A stretch of DNA of 64,000 nucleotides from Bigelowiella natans CCMP2755 (taxonomy: Eukaryota; Protista; Cercozoa): the NCBI GenBank assembly GCA_000320545.1, contig ADNK01000875.1:124001-188000 (forward strand). Direction: 5' to 3'. The position numbers were made by a program, and so were the translations under genes. Under the pieces are notes generated by a model that was not told the origin of the DNA, ran no database searches, and saw only the letters and a program-made list of their open reading frames with translations. Positions 1-13,094 of this stretch are shown here, in pieces; the stretch's first letter is position 1, and each line of letters begins with the position of its first letter.

Positions 1-599
1 CCGGCCCTACACCTCCCGCTGAGAGACATTGCAGCGAAACAATGGACCAAAACCAAAAGATAATACTTTGCAGCACGCTGATGCACATATTGAGGATTGC
101 ATGCTAGCATGTGCGATCGACGCACTAGCAGCTAGGCTAGTACCAGACTAGTAGAGTAGGGCGCGTGAGTCTAAGAGGCTCTGCTAGCTCTGGTTGGAAT
201 TGCTAGTCGTTTGTAACAAATTTATTCACTCATCGCCATATAATGAAGCAATATTTCGTTTTGCATTGGCGCTTCGATTCGTAACTGCAACATGCACCTG
301 CTTCGCTCTATCACTAGCTGTATGATCACGTCCGCGCGCACTGCTCCAATGCATCGCATGGATGAAAAACCGTCATTCCCGACTATCGCCCAAGTCTTCT
401 CTCAACTATGATGCCATGCGTGTGCAAGGCTGCGTCTAGACGTAATGAAATGCACTACAACGCACAATGTCACCATCATCTTAACATGATCAATGCTCAT
501 GCCATTGTCTTAGGTAGCCCATCTAGCCATCGAATCAAATCTCTAGCTGATTGATGTACGTTGCACGTATGAAACAGTTCGCATCAAGTTTATCTGACA

Positions 600-1046
600 T
601 CATACAGCTGTGAGCTCTTTGTTATTGGCCGGCGATGACTCTTTAACCGGCGGCTCTTTTGTTGGCGACACTTTTGTACTGCTAGTAACCTTTGAAGCTG
701 TTCTTGGGGTAGTACTTTCAGAGATTGTAGTCGACTCCATAGCACTCTTCAGATCTGATATTTCAAGCTTGCTCTTCAATTCAGGTTTACTTTTGTACTT
801 CAACGAGTTTCTTTCTAGCAGGTGCTTTATGAGCTCCTCGAGCGGTCCCCTATCATCCTGATTATGATATTCAGGCTATGATTTTATCTCGTGATGGGCA
901 TCATGTCGAAAAACCGAAAAATCTACAACAGTTTTGTGGCATTGCCTTGGGTATCAGCTGAAAATTCATTGCAAATAGAATGAAATGCTTGAAAGAAGTA
1001 TTAAGGTGGACTTCTCCAGCTGCTTTTTGGATCTTGACGTAACAAG

Positions 1047-1086
<40 letters not shown>

Positions 1087-1824
1087 GTTAGTCAAATAAA
1101 TGTTGTAGAGCTATCAGAGATTTCGTTTTTGTACGATAAAAAGCGCCTTGTATGTGAATACTTCAGTGTGTGTACACATGAATGAGTGTTTTTCATCTGG
1201 TTGCGATTCTTCTCGTGTATCGAAAGGAGAGACATGCACATAGTGTACCTGTTCGTAGTGATGGTGATAGAGATGGGCGTACACACGAAATAGACGACGA
1301 AAAATTGTCTACAAGTGAATAAAGAGCTTTATACCAAACGAGTACCTTACACGAAGTCAAATTATATTTTCTCTGTATCACCTTGACTACTTTTTTAAAG
1401 TTTTTCGGGAAATTGTTCGAGTTCACCGGAAATATTTCCTTGAAAAGATACAGTTTAAGTACATCCTGCCGTGTTGGCGTGTGAGATAAACCTCATCATC
1501 GAGCTGCGACTCGACCCAAGTCATCAAGTTATCCATATATTCTGTCGCACTTTATGAAAAGTTCAAGAGATTATTTTTGCATGCTTATTTAGAGAACTTT
1601 GAGTTAACGAGAAAACAAACTCTTCTGACCTGAGACACACTGGCGATTTATATCTCACTCCATCAGCCCACATATATGTATATTTCGGTCCAGCTCGCAT
1701 CTAGACGAAGGATGATTATACATCAAGATGAGAAGGGAGGGACGACAAGTAAAGAGACTTGGTTGCGTCAGTTCTTCACAAAAAGTAGAACCAGAGGAAG
1801 TGTAGATATTTGCCACTGAACACA

Positions 1825-1881
<57 letters not shown>

Positions 1882-2426
1882 ATGTCGAGAGAAGAAAAAA
1901 AAATGAGAGAAATGAGTGAGAGAAAGAGACACTTCCTACCACTGGGCATGTCTGCTGGGTACATATATCATCCGAAAGGAGAGAACCGAGCATCAAACTC
2001 TGGAGAGGAAGGAGAAATTGAAGCGTAACAGTGAAGCCTGCTACTCGATAAAAATCTGCAAAGGATCACATGTCTAGAGTACTGCAACCATTTCGTTGAA
2101 GAAGTCGATGATATTGACACTCAACCATTCGTTAAGATCCACCTTTCATGATATCAAGAATCAGATAGAAATCATCGTACACTGCGTAATGTAACTCTCC
2201 GTAATAATGACCTTCTTCCCGTCACTTCCGACCGGCAGCTTGACGGCTTCCTCCACATTTCCACTACCGAGGCTAAGTTAGCAGTCAACACGTTTGTTAT
2301 TTTCACATCAGTGTAATTGTTTTTTTTAAAGCCTACGTATTGTAGCCGGATGCGATCCTATGAAGAGCTTCTCGATTTGCCGTATTGTGCTTTCGGATCT
2401 TTTTTAGTGTCTTCTTCTTATTTGAA
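600..2426 (-). CDS. MOB1: MOB kinase activator (Mob1/phocein family), spliced, start codon unresolved
   Basis: Exons read on minus strand: 2426-2337, 2272-2212, 2142-2089, 1999-1940, 1700-1630, 1549-1492, 1438-1382, 1308-1249, 1032-946, 857-600. They join in frame to TLGSGNVEEAVKLP..VDLNEWLSVNIIDFFNEM..CTQQTCPVMRAGPKYTYMWADG..YMDNLMTWVESQLDDEEIFP..FPKNFKKVVKTIFRRLFRVYAHLYHHH..HLNTSFKHFILF..PLEELI, all hallmark MOB1 blocks. First exon (near 2470-2520) not resolved. Confidence 0.95.
1048..1081. repeat. (CA)n microsatellite in MOB1 intron
   Basis: Pure CA run. Confidence 0.95.
1828..1880. repeat. (CT)n(CA)n compound microsatellite in MOB1 intron
   Basis: Directly visible. Confidence 0.95.
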
Positions 2427-3176
2427 CTGAAACAGTGCCAAAGACATATCAGGTTCGAACTATGTAGTACCACACCATCGCTCCATATTTACCCTTAAGA
2501 ACTTGCAAGAAACAGCATCGAAATGAAAAACCGAACTTTAGAAAGTTCCGTTCAAACGACGATTTAACCGAGAATGAGATAAACGTATCCCGCCCTTCCG
2601 TTAATTGAAAAAATATACTCTTACAAAAGCGATTTTAGCATATCCTCTTGCGAATCCTTATCCAGGCCAAGCTTCTAGTGTTAGGCCTACGCAACGAAAG
2701 CCTGGATAGAATGGTGAAATACAGGCCAAGAGAGGTCCCGAGGGGTATCAGGTTTTAAATAAAAACAAAATACAGACCAAACCTCCATGCAAGTAGCACG
2801 TGTCTTGTTCCGAACGCCGCTTTATTTATCAAACATGGAAGAAATCCAGATGTCGTCTAAATTTAATGCAGCTTATTTTTCTATACACTTTCGAACACTG
2901 TGATGACGCCGTGACTCGCCAGGGTTGCCTCGGAACCTCGTATCCGGTAGCGGACCTCTGTGTTTCTTCCTACGACTCAAAAATATGCACGTCTCAGTAT
3001 TGAAGCGTCAGTAGTTTTTGAAAAAGCATATTTCATAAATCAAATTGATTGACTTGCGATATTAATGGTATTAAAAATTATCAGGCTGCACCATCTGTAA
3101 AACACTTTGGCAACAACAAAAGCGTCGGAAGAGGACTGCGTGCGAGTGCAAGCTCACAGCCCACGTCCAGAAACTA

Positions 3177-4598
3177 ATGAAGCGGAGAAGAGAAGACGAG
3201 GAAAATGGTGTTCAACCAGTCGTAGGGGAGGACTCCGTCTCCTCCGAGGCTAATAAGAAGCAAAAAAGCTCCCAGGACAAGGGAGAAGTAACGGTAGGAA
3301 AAAGAAAGGGAGGTTCTTACCACGATACTTCATTTCACACGACCTTTTTACGTATTGCCAAGGTTGTCACGAGGGAGTCTACAAAAGCAGAAGAACACGG
3401 AAAGAGCGACGTGAAAGAAGAGAAAACGGAAGGTGTGAAGAGCGGGACGAAGGAGGGCAATGAAGGAGACAGTAAAGATGCGAAAAAAACGGTACAACCA
3501 AATACTTTACGATGTAGTATTCGCAGATCAATTAAGCAACTCAAACTACCAGGACAGGATAAAGATTAAGGATACAGCAGGAGATGAGAAAACTGCAAGA
3601 GGAGATCAGGTAAAGTAAATTAGATGAACAGTTGCCTCTAATTACCACATCTGTGGACATCATCTAATAATACTTACAAATCGTGGTGATTCATTCACGA
3701 AGGCCTGGTGGGACCAGGAGAACCCAAACTTGGAGAAGAGATCCAAGGAGGAGATTCAACAATGGATAGAATACAAATCTCGTCAATTTCAAAAAGCTGC
3801 CAGAAGCGTGAACAAGCCTCAGCTGACAGAGATGAACGGCAGGGCTGGATGGTCGTGCGGTGAGTCATTTCTCGCTCCTCTCCTCGTTTTCATTTTGACG
3901 TAACTCTTCTAAACCTGGCACTTTAAGGTTCATGTGGAAACTTCAACTATGACTCAAGACGCGTGTGCAATATTCGAACTTGCCGTGCGCCACGACCAGC
4001 AGGAATCTCCGCTCCCGAAGAGGATAAACCTGGATGGATTTGTCCTTCCTGCGGCAACTTCAATTATGACACTCGTGTCGTATGTAACATACGCAATTGT
4101 CGCCGTCCAAAACCGGGAGCAAACCCCCATGGCGCTCAGAGCATGGCAAACAATCAGAACAGACCGGGATGGAGTTGCCCGCGATGCGGCAACTTCAACT
4201 TCGATGCTCGCAGCTTTTGCAATATGAGGCGCTGTCGATTCCCCCGTCCGCTCACAATGGGCGCCGGCGCTCTTGGGCTTGATGCAGGAGCCCTTGGTCT
4301 TGCCCTCGGCGCTGCTGCTTTGCCTAATGGGGCAGCGGGCAACTCGGAAGGCATCCTTGGCTGGACCTGCCCATCATGTGGGAACTTCAACTTCGACTCA
4401 CGAATGAACTGTAATCGACGTCACTGCCGATTACCGCGGCCCGCCACCGCCGCATCCTGGAGAAATTTTGATAGTTCTGGAGGTGGTGGAAATGCTGCTT
4501 ATCAGCAGCAGGTGCAGCAGCAGCAGCTAGCAATGCTAAGCATGATGGCCGCGGCAGGAAACGCTAATGGCGCAAGCGGACAGCTTCAGGGAAGATGA
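3177..4598 (+). CDS. RanBP2-type zinc finger protein (4 fingers, probably ssRNA-binding), spliced
   Basis: ATG 3177, about 4 introns, stop 4598. Four W-x-C-x2-C-GNFN-x3-R-x2-C-N-x3-C-x2-P-x-P fingers (the first is split by the intron at about 3860-3927), charged N-terminus, Q/A-rich C-terminus. Confidence 0.9.
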
Positions 4599-4699
4599 AG
4601 AGGTGAGGGTAGCAAGAGTAATGTTGATGGCACACTTTCACAAGTACTATTTGTATTATCAGCAGTATGAATGTATGAATACAATATATTGAATATCAT

Positions 4700-5250
4700 C
4701 AAGGAAGCATCATGCCATGCTACGCAGTAAATCCATGCATGTATGAGACGGATGCAATGAACAAATTAAATTTTTTCAATGGTCATCCTGATGTAGCCAT
4801 GCATGTATGACTGACGTATTTGTAGACTGATGTTTACACAAATGACTTGAATCCACATGTACAAACATGAAGTACATGCCACACGCATATTACGCACATG
4901 TACATGTGCTCGTGCATGTGGGATTGTGGCACGAACTAGCGAAGATTGCCACATGTGTGCACATATGTAGCCTAGCACACACGTGAAGAGCCTTATACGA
5001 CAAATGCAAATTGCATAAAGCAGACGTCAGGGCTAGCTAGCGTAGCTAGTAGAGTGACATGACACTGTAGCTTGAATTTAGACAATGATAGCTTTTAATG
5101 TAACACATCCGTCATTTGCGTCGATCATGCAGCATGAAACAATCTAGTAATGCCCAAAGCGTGGCAGAAGTTGCTGGCAGGTCGGAGGAGCGCAGTGCAT
5201 GCGGTGCTGCGCTAGCTAGCTAGCAGCGCGGTGCTCTCGATTGCATATTC
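4700..5250. other. Partially TpA-depleted degenerate island
   Basis: CATG/TGCA/CTAG-rich, (GCTA)n runs, and shares a ~50-bp motif with 18062-18113. Confidence 0.6.
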
Positions 5251-5466
5251 GTTCTTTCTCACAAGATACCGACAGCATCTACGATAGGGATGCAATAATT
5301 TTGTACATATGACTTATGCAACAGTGCTTCCACAAAACCACAGTCCAAGCCCCGCCACTCGTGGGCCGATATATAATGATCAGGGGGCGGAGTATGACGT
5401 CGTTTAATACAAACGTACAAGCTTTTACATCGTAACAATAACCATAGATCGATCGATTTATTCATA

Positions 5467-6108
5467 TCAGGAACATTCGATGACCGGGAGCACGATTTTC
5501 GAAGGACGTGCGGCCATTCCAACATACAGTGTGTGATTGGTTGCCCGCATCTTCGTTTCATCCGCCATATGTGCGCCATACCTGGGAAAACCAAGAGAGA
5601 ACCAAAAGAAGCAGCGAATTAAACATAGACTTATGACGTCATTTTGTATGGGGCAGGTTGTGTTTGTGCTCTGTGGACTGCGGCTGATGTCCTATCTGTA
5701 GCCATACCCCAGGTTTCGCGCGTATCGTGGAAATGCCCCTCCTGAGATCTGGTAATGGATATACGCACGCAATATGATGATGGTGGTGAGAAGACACTAT
5801 ATCGATGACGAAGCTCCATGATAGCTTCTATTCGTTGAAAATACATACACTTTACACGGAAAAAATGCGAAGCAAAACGAGTTTTAAGGAAGCAAGTATA
5901 CTGTAATGGATAATCTTTGCCCTTTTTATGTTTTGTTCGCCACCTGCAGCCTGAGGCGTGAGCCCTTGGGTATGATTGCAGCTATGGGGCAAGAGTTTAT
6001 CTTAACACGCTGGACAACCTACGGCACGCGCATAAAAGAAACTAACTTGTATGTTTGCTCGTACAATACGCTGCTTCTGTACACAAAACATACACGACCA
6101 ACACACAT

Positions 6109-6151
<43 letters not shown>

Positions 6152-9081
6152 TATATAGAGAGAGAAAGAAAGAGAAAGATACACACATGCACACAAATAC
6201 ACACATAGACATACACACACACAACAAAATAGCATTCTTTACAGACGAAGGGGAGTAGAAGGAAGCATTTGTCCTGCTTATCCGCCTCCCCCCCCCCCTA
6301 AAACGACGGCAAATGTTGACCTTTTCCACGTCCTTTCCATCCCCATGCTCGTTCTGTTGGTTATTGTGGTCGCTGTCACTGTCGCCCTCCCCCTCACGCA
6401 ACGATTCTAAGGGGGGAACTTCCTTCCACCGTGGGGGTATTATTCTAGCATCAGAGGGTGTCTCCGGCCCAGACATGTAAGATACACGACGTCGCCCAAA
6501 CCGATTTCCTAAATACGAATTGCACAACTCAACCAATACACAAGAGGAGGGCGCTTAGGGCAACATGATGATGACGATGCATGGCTGCAGCTGCTGCTTC
6601 TTGTACAAGTAGCTGACAAAGACTCGTGCACAGAAAAATAATTTGTTGAAAAATGATTAAGGCACACATGTCTCCTCCTCCTCCTCCTCCTTCTCCACCT
6701 CCTCCTCCTCCTCCTCCACACATATACAGAGCACACACAGCTCACCTGGGGTCTCATCATCGTCGCTATTATCACCATCGCCCTGTGCGTTCTGGGATCT
6801 TGAATACACGCGAAGGATGCCGTCACATAGATTCAACGATCTGCAAAAAACATATTTGGTAAGTGGGGAAATATATCAGCGATTGCCTTTACATCATCCT
6901 ATTGATGATGTTCCTAAGAAAATGTCCTACAACACCTTGGCGGTCAACATCATCAGTGTTATGATAGTGATGAACCCCACCGTCACCATAACAATTTCTA
7001 TGTCTCTCTTCAAATATGTGGTGCTTCTTCGCCTCCTCACCGATTGCGGTTATCAACGTAGCAGAGACGGAAATACAGGTCACAGACTGCCGTGTCATAC
7101 GATACGAACAGCTCAGCTTTCACCTTTTCAGAACATGAGGCAGAAGAGGAAAAGGAGGAAGATACTGTAACGATAGTGATAACGACGATTATTTGTTGAA
7201 AATATTTATCACCACTCGCTCGCCCCTAAGAACTAGAATACACACAAGCGCATGAGTCAAACCAACAAAGCTATTGGTTTCGCACCCGCCCAGTAATTTC
7301 AATAGATCTTTGCAGCTTTGGAGAGGTGAAGATCATGATATCCTGGGCACATTAATACATTACATTATTACATATATGATAGATAGCCAGCACAAACGGC
7401 GAAATCAAGATCGAAGACAATATTTTGCACGCTTTCTGCTTTCGAAATAATACTTACTAAAGGTTGTTGATCATCCTCATCCTCGCAATAAACAACAGCG
7501 AAAGCACCATTATCACCCATACAGAATACTATGATCCATTTTCATCATCCTCCAACCTTATTTCTCGTCCTCTCCATTTCCGCATTATCCATCATCCCCG
7601 CTTGTCTGAAGAGATGGCGAGAGAAGTAAGCACAACACCGGCTTTTCTCGTATTTACGATGAGGAAACGGCAGAGTACAACCTTGGATGGAAGATGTTCC
7701 CACCAATGGATGGAGTGGGGTCACGTGGATCATAGCGCCATCTGACTTCTGAACGACATCCTCCCGAGCGATCTTCTTGCATCGACGACGGAGACGTCAC
7801 ACAAGAGGAGGAGGAGGAGGAGGAGGATGAAGAAGCAGATTTTGCGGAGTACTCACCACTACTTGGCGCCTCCCACATAAGTTTTCTGTCTTCACCTGTG
7901 ATTATAATGATATGGTCATCGTCATCATTATTATCATCATCGTTTTCGGTGGTGAGCATCATCTTTGACAGCATGCTATACTCTCCTTCTTGGGGAAAAC
8001 CGTCAATAAGAAAGTAAAATGTTTGCTTAATACCAAGATACACATTTGTCGGTTTTGAACTCGGTGGCCAGCTCTTGTACTCACGCCATCCCATCTGATG
8101 AAAAGGAGGAGGAGGAGGAGGAGGATTAGCATACAACAAGACAGTAAGCTTCTCAACTTTTGGCTCGATAAACACCGATGACTCGAGTCACGTCACATGA
8201 TCACGGGACAACTATATGGTCGCTACTCGTCAAAATTATTGTAAGACAGTTGTGTCAAAGGATAAAAACCATCGGATTCAGTGCGGGTGGGGGCACTTTT
8301 CACGCCAATGTTCTTGTTGGGCTCACCGCCATTTCTTTACAGTTGAAGTCGCCAGGCCGATACGATGGAGGCAACATGCTGACACAATAATAGAGCTATC
8401 TGATCATACGGTCATACAAATGATGCAGATGCAACTGCCGCTGTGTTAATTTGGAAACAAAGAACAAAGTGCAGTTTTTGCTTTTGTGCCAGCTTTGCTC
8501 TTTCTCCTCCTCCTCCTCCTCCTCCTCCTCCTCCTCCTCCTCCTCCTTTGATGCAACTACACTACGACTACAACTCTTATACATCATCATCCAAGCCAGG
8601 TTGGTATCTCATTACGTTCTAAAAAGAATGCTGTGAAACTTTTGGCACACGCCAGCCTCCCGCTCTCCCCCGATTGGAAAGACCCGAACACGATTCGTCA
8701 TCCCTCCTTGCAGGAAAGGCGACGGCGATGACGACGACGCTACTAATGAATGAGAATCCACATTATCATCTTTGGATTCCTCCTGAGATGGTGGCTCCTC
8801 TCTGCTCTGCCGCCGCCTCCTCCTTTTCCATTGTTTCCCCCCTCCTCCTCTTCTTCTTCCTCGCCCTCCTAAATGCTTGATAAAGAACTCGACGGAAGCA
8901 CGGCAAAAGAGGTCTTGCGAGGAGAAGTGGTGCATTGGTGCGGCTGGTTGATATGTAATATAACGAGGAGGAGGAGGAGGAGGAGGAGGAGGAGGATGAC
9001 GGCGACGGGGGATTAATACTAACCATGGCACAAACTCACTCCCCAATACACACATAGAGAGAGGGAGATGGGAGAGAGAGT

Positions 9082-9120
<39 letters not shown>

Positions 9121-9309
9121 AGATGTATTTTGCTTCTCTTAATGTCATCGCACTGACCTAAAATTTCCACTTTCTTTGGAATATTCGTCCCCCCGTTTTT
9201 CAGTGTTACAAAGTCTCTAAGATGGTGGGTGAAACAAGATGACTTACGTGCAACTTAAATTTAAAGATCAATACATTCCGAATTATTCCCAGTTTTCTGG
9301 CATATCGTG

Positions 9310-9345
<36 letters not shown>

Positions 9346-9852
9346 TCATCTCTCTCTTTCTCTATCCATTAAGTGTTTGTGTGGCCAGGTGTCTTCCCTC
9401 GCCTGCGTCTATGTTGTTGTTCAAATGTAGGTGTCTCTCTGCATTCGTAGTATGTGTGTCTTTGCCATCGTCGTTCTCTCCATCGGTGTATCCGAGCAAT
9501 CAGAGTCATTGGCGGACGCATGCCATCAGCATCATCAGCAACCACCATTATCATCATAATCACACTACTATGACACAACCTGAACATAGCGTCAGAGAAG
9601 AGGTCGTACCAACCCTGATTCATGCGTACAACAAGAAGAAGCAGATGATGATGACTTGTATGGACGTCAAAGGCATGGTTGAATTCAAAAGTCGTCAGAC
9701 CTTCTTAGCATTGCTATCAAGAAAGAAATGATAAAAAAAATACACGAAGCATGATGATGAGCACAGTGTTTTTGAAATGTTCAAACCCCTTCCCCCACCC
9801 ACTCACCCACTCTCCCTTCCAAAATATATGATGAATCAAAAGAAGAATATAT

Positions 9853-9898
<46 letters not shown>

Positions 9899-10553
9899 CG
9901 CGCAAAATAGGATATGTGGTAATGTCTTTGATGTTCTTCGTTTCTCATATGTAGCAGTAGCAGTAGCAGCTCGGCTGTCACTGTTTGCGGTGTCTTTATC
10001 CTTTCTTCTACTCTTCCACCCAGCCATTAAACCGCCCCCCTTTTCCTCCTCCGAAAGCATCCTGTAAGCAGGTGGCACAAATAATAAGGAAGAAGGTGAG
10101 AACGGCATGACGTTGATGTCTGCATCATAGCTGCCGTCTACAAAATTGTCATCATTATCATAATCATCACCATCATCATCATCACCATCATCATTATATT
10201 GTAGCATTCTGGAGGAAACAACAAAAGTTTGTACTTTGCGAGAAGACGTAGACTCTCCGAGTGATCCCTTGAGTCCCAGTAAGGGTGCTTGCCATCCGGA
10301 TGAATCTCTAGCCTGGGTGCTTTTGCTAATACACTATCATCGTCCCCATTCTTCGTCTGCTGGCCGTTTTGGACACCGAGTACCGCCTTATCCTATGCAG
10401 CAATTTAAGATCACAACCACCATCTCAAACATAAGCATTGGGATTTAGAAAGGGGGTCAAAGGAGGGATGGAGGGAGGGAGGGAGAGAGAGAGAGAGAGA
10501 GAGAGAGAAAAGCTTTCTTGAATCTCTTTCTCAAATTCCTATCCTCTCTTGTG

Positions 10554-10590
<37 letters not shown>

Positions 10591-12107
10591 CAGGTCTTTT
10601 AGAGGTAAATGTTTCAATGTGTTGTTCCATAGCGTTCCCGACTGCTCCTTGAACACCTGAAACAACTAATCGAGGGGATGATATCAGAGAGAAGATCACA
10701 GCTCCAAAGAGGTGGTGTATTCAGTGCATCATCATGATGAACAATTCCACTCCATCACCATCGTCAACATAGAATCCTTATCCAATCGTTCTCGTCTAGT
10801 GGGATGTGATGCAAAACTACCATTTTCCACAGCCAGAGGCTTTGGAACCCGAACACGGTGGAGGGTTGGTGCAGACGGTACTGCTCAGAAGGGGGGGGGG
10901 GATAGAGTGGACAGCACCAACAAGAATCACTGACAAGAAGAGCAGGGACATTCATCCTCAGTGAACACCATTTTGCCGACCAATGTCATAGTTGTTACAG
11001 CGCAATTGAACAATGTTTATCTGCATCATCACCATCATCATCATCATCGGCAATATTGAGCATACTTCGCCTACATTGCAGCAGCATTTACCTGAAGATG
11101 GCAGTATCTTGCGATGAGCTCAAGCTGTAAGATTCCTCCAGAAAACATTCCTCTGATGAAGGCAGCAGACGAGATGCAGGAGGAGGAAGAAGGGAGAATT
11201 ACATGGGAGGAGCTACGAACACTATATGCATGATTAAGCGAGAGGTGTATTGTCCAGTTCTGCAAATCTGATATTTTCCTGTGCCATGTACTCCTATCGC
11301 TCACCGCTTTCCCAGATCGCAGCTTGTGAAGACTGGAACACATGCACGGAGACGTAGTCGGGGATTTGCTGGCATTGCCAAATAGCTGATAGAATTTGGT
11401 GTTAGCATTGTAGCGAACAAATCGGCGGGGTGTGACGCTTTTGGAAAGCATACGCGTTTATCCCATCATCATATATTACCAAATGCATTTTTTGCTGAGT
11501 TTCGTGTGTTATTTTTATTGGTTTGAAACTATATTTATATTTAAATATACTGTTATCAAATTAGCATGAATAGCTATCATCTTAACAATGAAACTAATTC
11601 TCATAATTTATGTGTGTGTATTATTATCTTACCCAGCTACAGCTGCCCATAAGCAGTAGCCATCGTATGACACCCCAATTAGACCGAAATCTCCGCTGAA
11701 CCAAGGCTGCGAAGCCAACCAGGATAAAGTAGATACACCGTCGCGCTGAGAATAAATCATGCGACAGAAAACTTAGCTGTGGATATTAACGACACAAAAT
11801 TTAAAGGAAGGGGTGTATACGATGGCATGCATCTGGAGCGACGAAGCATACAAAACTCTGTCTTACATTCTCTTCATTTGTTTGTCGCTCCCTCACCCTC
11901 CTCCTCGCTCTCGGATAACTATCAGCATCATAATAAACCTTTTCAGATTCTAAGATCTCGAAGTCTCCCTCGCTCGAGAACCTCCCACGACAATCGGCGA
12001 CCACGACATGGAACCTTGATTCGAAGGAGGAATTGGAACACGGTAGTCGTTATGCAACGTGAGGAGAAAGAGAGAGCAAGAGAGCGAGAGAAAGAGAGAA
12101 AGAGAAC

Positions 12108-12158
<51 letters not shown>

Positions 12159-13094
12159 GGGGGGGGGGGAGAAGGGTGGGAGGGGGGGGGGGAGGAGGAA
12201 GCGAGGAATAGAAGACAGGGACGTCGGTGTTGTGATGTATATAGTGGTGGTTTAGTATCAGATGGACATGGGATTACCCTCTTTCAGCAAATCTTTCGTT
12301 TATAATGCACATCAGCCAACGCGAGTATCTGACATTGACAGTAGAATCACGGCAACGACACGCTACACACAAAGAACAGCCAATTGTACAGTGATATGAT
12401 GTGCGATCTACTAATCATTAAATAAAAAAGGAACTTACGGAGTCCGGATTAGAATAGCGGGTCGAGGCTCATCTGTAGGCATATCCAGGAGGATAATTTG
12501 ATACGAAAATTTTGTGATAGTGCAGTAGCAATTGTAACAGCAGTGGAAGCAGCAGCATGAGATTTGGTGATAATAAACCTGTGACTGGAGATATAATTTG
12601 CGCGCTGAGCTTCACCCCATCATCGGCGCTGATGAATACACTCCGTGATCTGTGAAACGTAAGAAGCAACTCATCGCACTGGTTGCACGTAGCCGTGATT
12701 GAATGGTCAGGAAGGTTCTAAACCTTGTTTGATACAGATGGCCCATTGGCAGTCTCAGGTAGTATCCAACTGCATAGCGAAGAAAGAAATTGACGAAGGG
12801 ACCGATGAACCACCAGATAATCGGCAGGAAACACGATAGTGCAAATCCAACCACCCGGTCGATGTACAGATAGGACATCAGCCGCAGTCCACAGAGCACA
12901 AACACAGCCTGCCCAAAATAAAATGATGTCACAAGTCTATGTTTAATTCTCTGCTTCTTTTGGTTCTCTCTTGGTTTTCTGCTGTGTTGGTCGACAAATC
13001 TTTGGAATACCAATAGCGAATGTATTAGGTTGATAGGCAGGAGTAAAAGAGAAAGGACCACCGCCCTAAGGATTTGTAGAGCGGTGCTCGCCAT
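5467..13094 (-). CDS. CocE/NonD family serine hydrolase (peptidase S15-like) with N-terminal hydrophobic segments, more than 20 exons
   Basis: Family motifs occur in the expected order on minus-strand exons with AG/GT ends: SADDGVKLSAQI, PAILIRTPY, FAERGFHVVVADCRGRFSSEGDF, DGVSTLSWLASQPWFSG, nucleophile GVSYDG (11659-11676), GWYDLF (about 9600), APMHH..VEFFIKHL (about 8900), YDPRDPTPSIGG, DLYFRLCYVD, SLNLCDGILR, PKGSRLRLQISGGAFPRYARNLG, PSKIVLPVI, stop at 5467. Not every internal exon was mapped. Confidence 0.9.
8505..8547. repeat. (CCT)n microsatellite, one of many in the CocE gene
   Basis: Directly visible; similar (GGA/CCT)n, (GA)n, (CTA)n and (CAT)n runs at about 6670, 7805, 8105, 8965, 9086, 10480, 10560. 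Confidence 0.9.
9856..9895. repeat. (TA)n microsatellite (intronic)
   Basis: Pure TA run; another at about 12112-12150. Confidence 0.95.

Noticed and set aside
5900-12250. ORFs rich in poly-S/P/E/R, HTHT, LSLS or YIYI
   Set aside because: Translations of intronic microsatellites; only short segments are true CocE exons.
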